Shown: piece after piece, positions 39,944 to 45,806 of the stretch
Position numbering within the stretch: the first letter of the stretch is position 1
How the letters are laid out: the number at the start of each line of letters is the position of its first letter
Source of the DNA: Eledone cirrhosa
Taxonomy: Eukaryota
NCBI GenBank assembly: GCA_964016885.1
Contig: CAXHJY010000399.1
Coordinates: 1-45,806, forward strand
Direction of reading: 5' to 3'
Length of the DNA stretch: 45,806 nt
The notes under the pieces: generated by a model
What the model saw: only the letters and a program-made list of their open reading frames with translations
What the model was told of the DNA's origin: nothing
The model's database searches: none
Program-made: the position numbers and the translations under genes

Positions 39944-40210
39944 TTCCCTTGCTTTTATCGAGAATCTAATTGTAATACGTGACGTATTCTATTCTATAGC
40001 GATTAGGTCTTCAAAATGTTTATTATAAACATACAGAATATTTTCGAATATTCTATGTCTATATTCACATATATATCGCTATTTCAGAGCATTTATTCCA
40101 ATTTCTAATTTCTGCCGGACCGGCAACCGCTCTTTCAAACCAGTTCCTGTACACAGCTAAGTATTCTATAAGTCTCTAGCTGTGTCATTCTCGATAAAAG
40201 CACTGGATAT

Positions 40211-40253
40211 GTAGTCCTGATGATTTCTAAAAAGAATGAAACGCGTAGATTAC
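40211..40253 (+). ncRNA. Minimal type I hammerhead ribozyme, copy 2
   Basis: Identical to copy 1. Confidence 0.87.
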
Positions 40254-40520
40254 TTCCCTTGCTTTTATCGAGAATCTAATTGTAATACGTGACGTATTCT
40301 ATTCTATAGCGATTAGGTCTTCAAAATGTTTATTATAAACATACAGAATATTTTCGAATATTCTATGTCTATATTCACATATATATCGCTATTTCAGAGC
40401 ATTTATTCCAATTTCTAATTTCTGCCGGACCGGCAACCGCTCTTTCAAACCAGTTCCTGTACACAGCTAAGTATTCTATAAGTCTCTAGCTGTGTCATTC
40501 TCGATAAAAGCACTGGATAT

Positions 40521-40563
40521 GTAGTCCTGATGATTTCTAAAAAGAATGAAACGCGTAGATTAC
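40521..40563 (+). ncRNA. Minimal type I hammerhead ribozyme, copy 3
   Basis: Identical to copy 1. Confidence 0.87.
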
Positions 40564-40830
40564 TTCCCTTGCTTTTATCGAGAATCTAATTGTAATACGT
40601 GACGTATTCTATTCTATAGCGATTAGGTCTTCAAAATGTTTATTATAAACATACAGAATATTTTCGAATATTCTATGTCTATATTCACATATATATCGCT
40701 ATTTCAGAGCATTTATTCCAATTTCTAATTTCTGCCGGACCGGCAACCGCTCTTTCAAACCAGTTCCTGTACACAGCTAAGTATTCTATAAGTCTCTAGC
40801 TGTGTCATTCTCGATAAAAGCACTGGATAT

Positions 40831-40873
40831 GTAGTCCTGATGATTTCTAAAAAGAATGAAACGCGTAGATTAC
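40831..40873 (+). ncRNA. Minimal type I hammerhead ribozyme, copy 4
   Basis: Identical to copy 1. Confidence 0.87.
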
Positions 40874-41140
40874 TTCCCTTGCTTTTATCGAGAATCTAAT
40901 TGTAATACGTGACGTATTCTATTCTATAGCGATTAGGTCTTCAAAATGTTTATTATAAACATACAGAATATTTTCGAATATTCTATGTCTATATTCACAT
41001 ATATATCGCTATTTCAGAGCATTTATTCCAATTTCTAATTTCTGCCGGACCGGCAACCGCTCTTTCAAACCAGTTCCTGTACACAGCTAAGTATTCTATA
41101 AGTCTCTAGCTGTGTCATTCTCGATAAAAGCACTGGATAT

Positions 41141-41183
41141 GTAGTCCTGATGATTTCTAAAAAGAATGAAACGCGTAGATTAC
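41141..41183 (+). ncRNA. Minimal type I hammerhead ribozyme, copy 5
   Basis: Identical to copy 1. Confidence 0.87.
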
Positions 41184-41341
41184 TTCCCTTGCTTTTATCG
41201 AGAATCTAATTGTAATACGTGACGTATTCTATTCTATAGCGATTAGGTCTTCAAAATGTTTATTATAAACATACAGAATATTTTCGAATATTCTATGTCT
41301 ATATTCACATATATATCGCTATTTCAGAGCATTTATTCCAA

Positions 41342-45806
<4,465 letters not shown>

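Larger units (their letters stand above)
39331..41341. mobile_element. Retrozyme-like array: 310-bp hammerhead-bearing monomer, 5 direct copies + 33 bp, preceded by an inverted 1.4-copy block
   Basis: Anchor ATTTCAGAGC at 39771, 40081, 40391, 40701, 41011 and 41321 (period 310). 39331-39758 is the reverse complement. No ORF; flanked by (TA)n. Confidence 0.9.

Noticed and set aside
39759-41341. CRISPR-like array
   Set aside because: Units are identical over the full 310 bp with no unique spacers, there are no cas genes, and the context is eukaryotic.

Overview
Eukaryotic, gene-free, repeat-only window, probably from an octopus/cephalopod (inferred from the SINE/RTE motifs and extreme TA-microsatellite load). 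Roughly half of it is interrupted (TA)n microsatellite, and almost all the short ORFs are translations of those repeats. Retroelements sit between the TA tracts: a disrupted CR1-type LINE (1-3614) whose 3' tip is flipped (3681-3833), an intact RTE LINE ORF (17902-21021, with a PHD finger inside the RT), a frameshifted RTE LINE on the minus strand (27638-30860), tRNA-derived SINEs, and a ~490-bp satellite. There are also two large palindromic Penelope-like elements (PLEs) with Hydra-type GIY-YIG endonucleases (22951-27354, 32708-37714). The main signal, read by eye, is a dense set of minimal type I hammerhead ribozyme (HHR) motifs: about 15 complete folds plus several partial ones, in roughly ten sequence families. 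They occur in PLE ends and in short non-coding elements. The clearest case is a 310-bp, highly self-complementary, HHR-bearing monomer present as 5 apparently identical head-to-tail copies plus a 1.4-copy inverted block (39331-41341), i.e. a retrozyme-like element. Nearly all of these inserts share a 'tails-out' inverted architecture with both 3' ends running into (TA)n, and several breakpoints fall at or near the ribozyme. Together they suggest a PLE-driven system of ribozyme-processed RNAs that integrates into TA microsatellites. No folding, alignment or database search was run.
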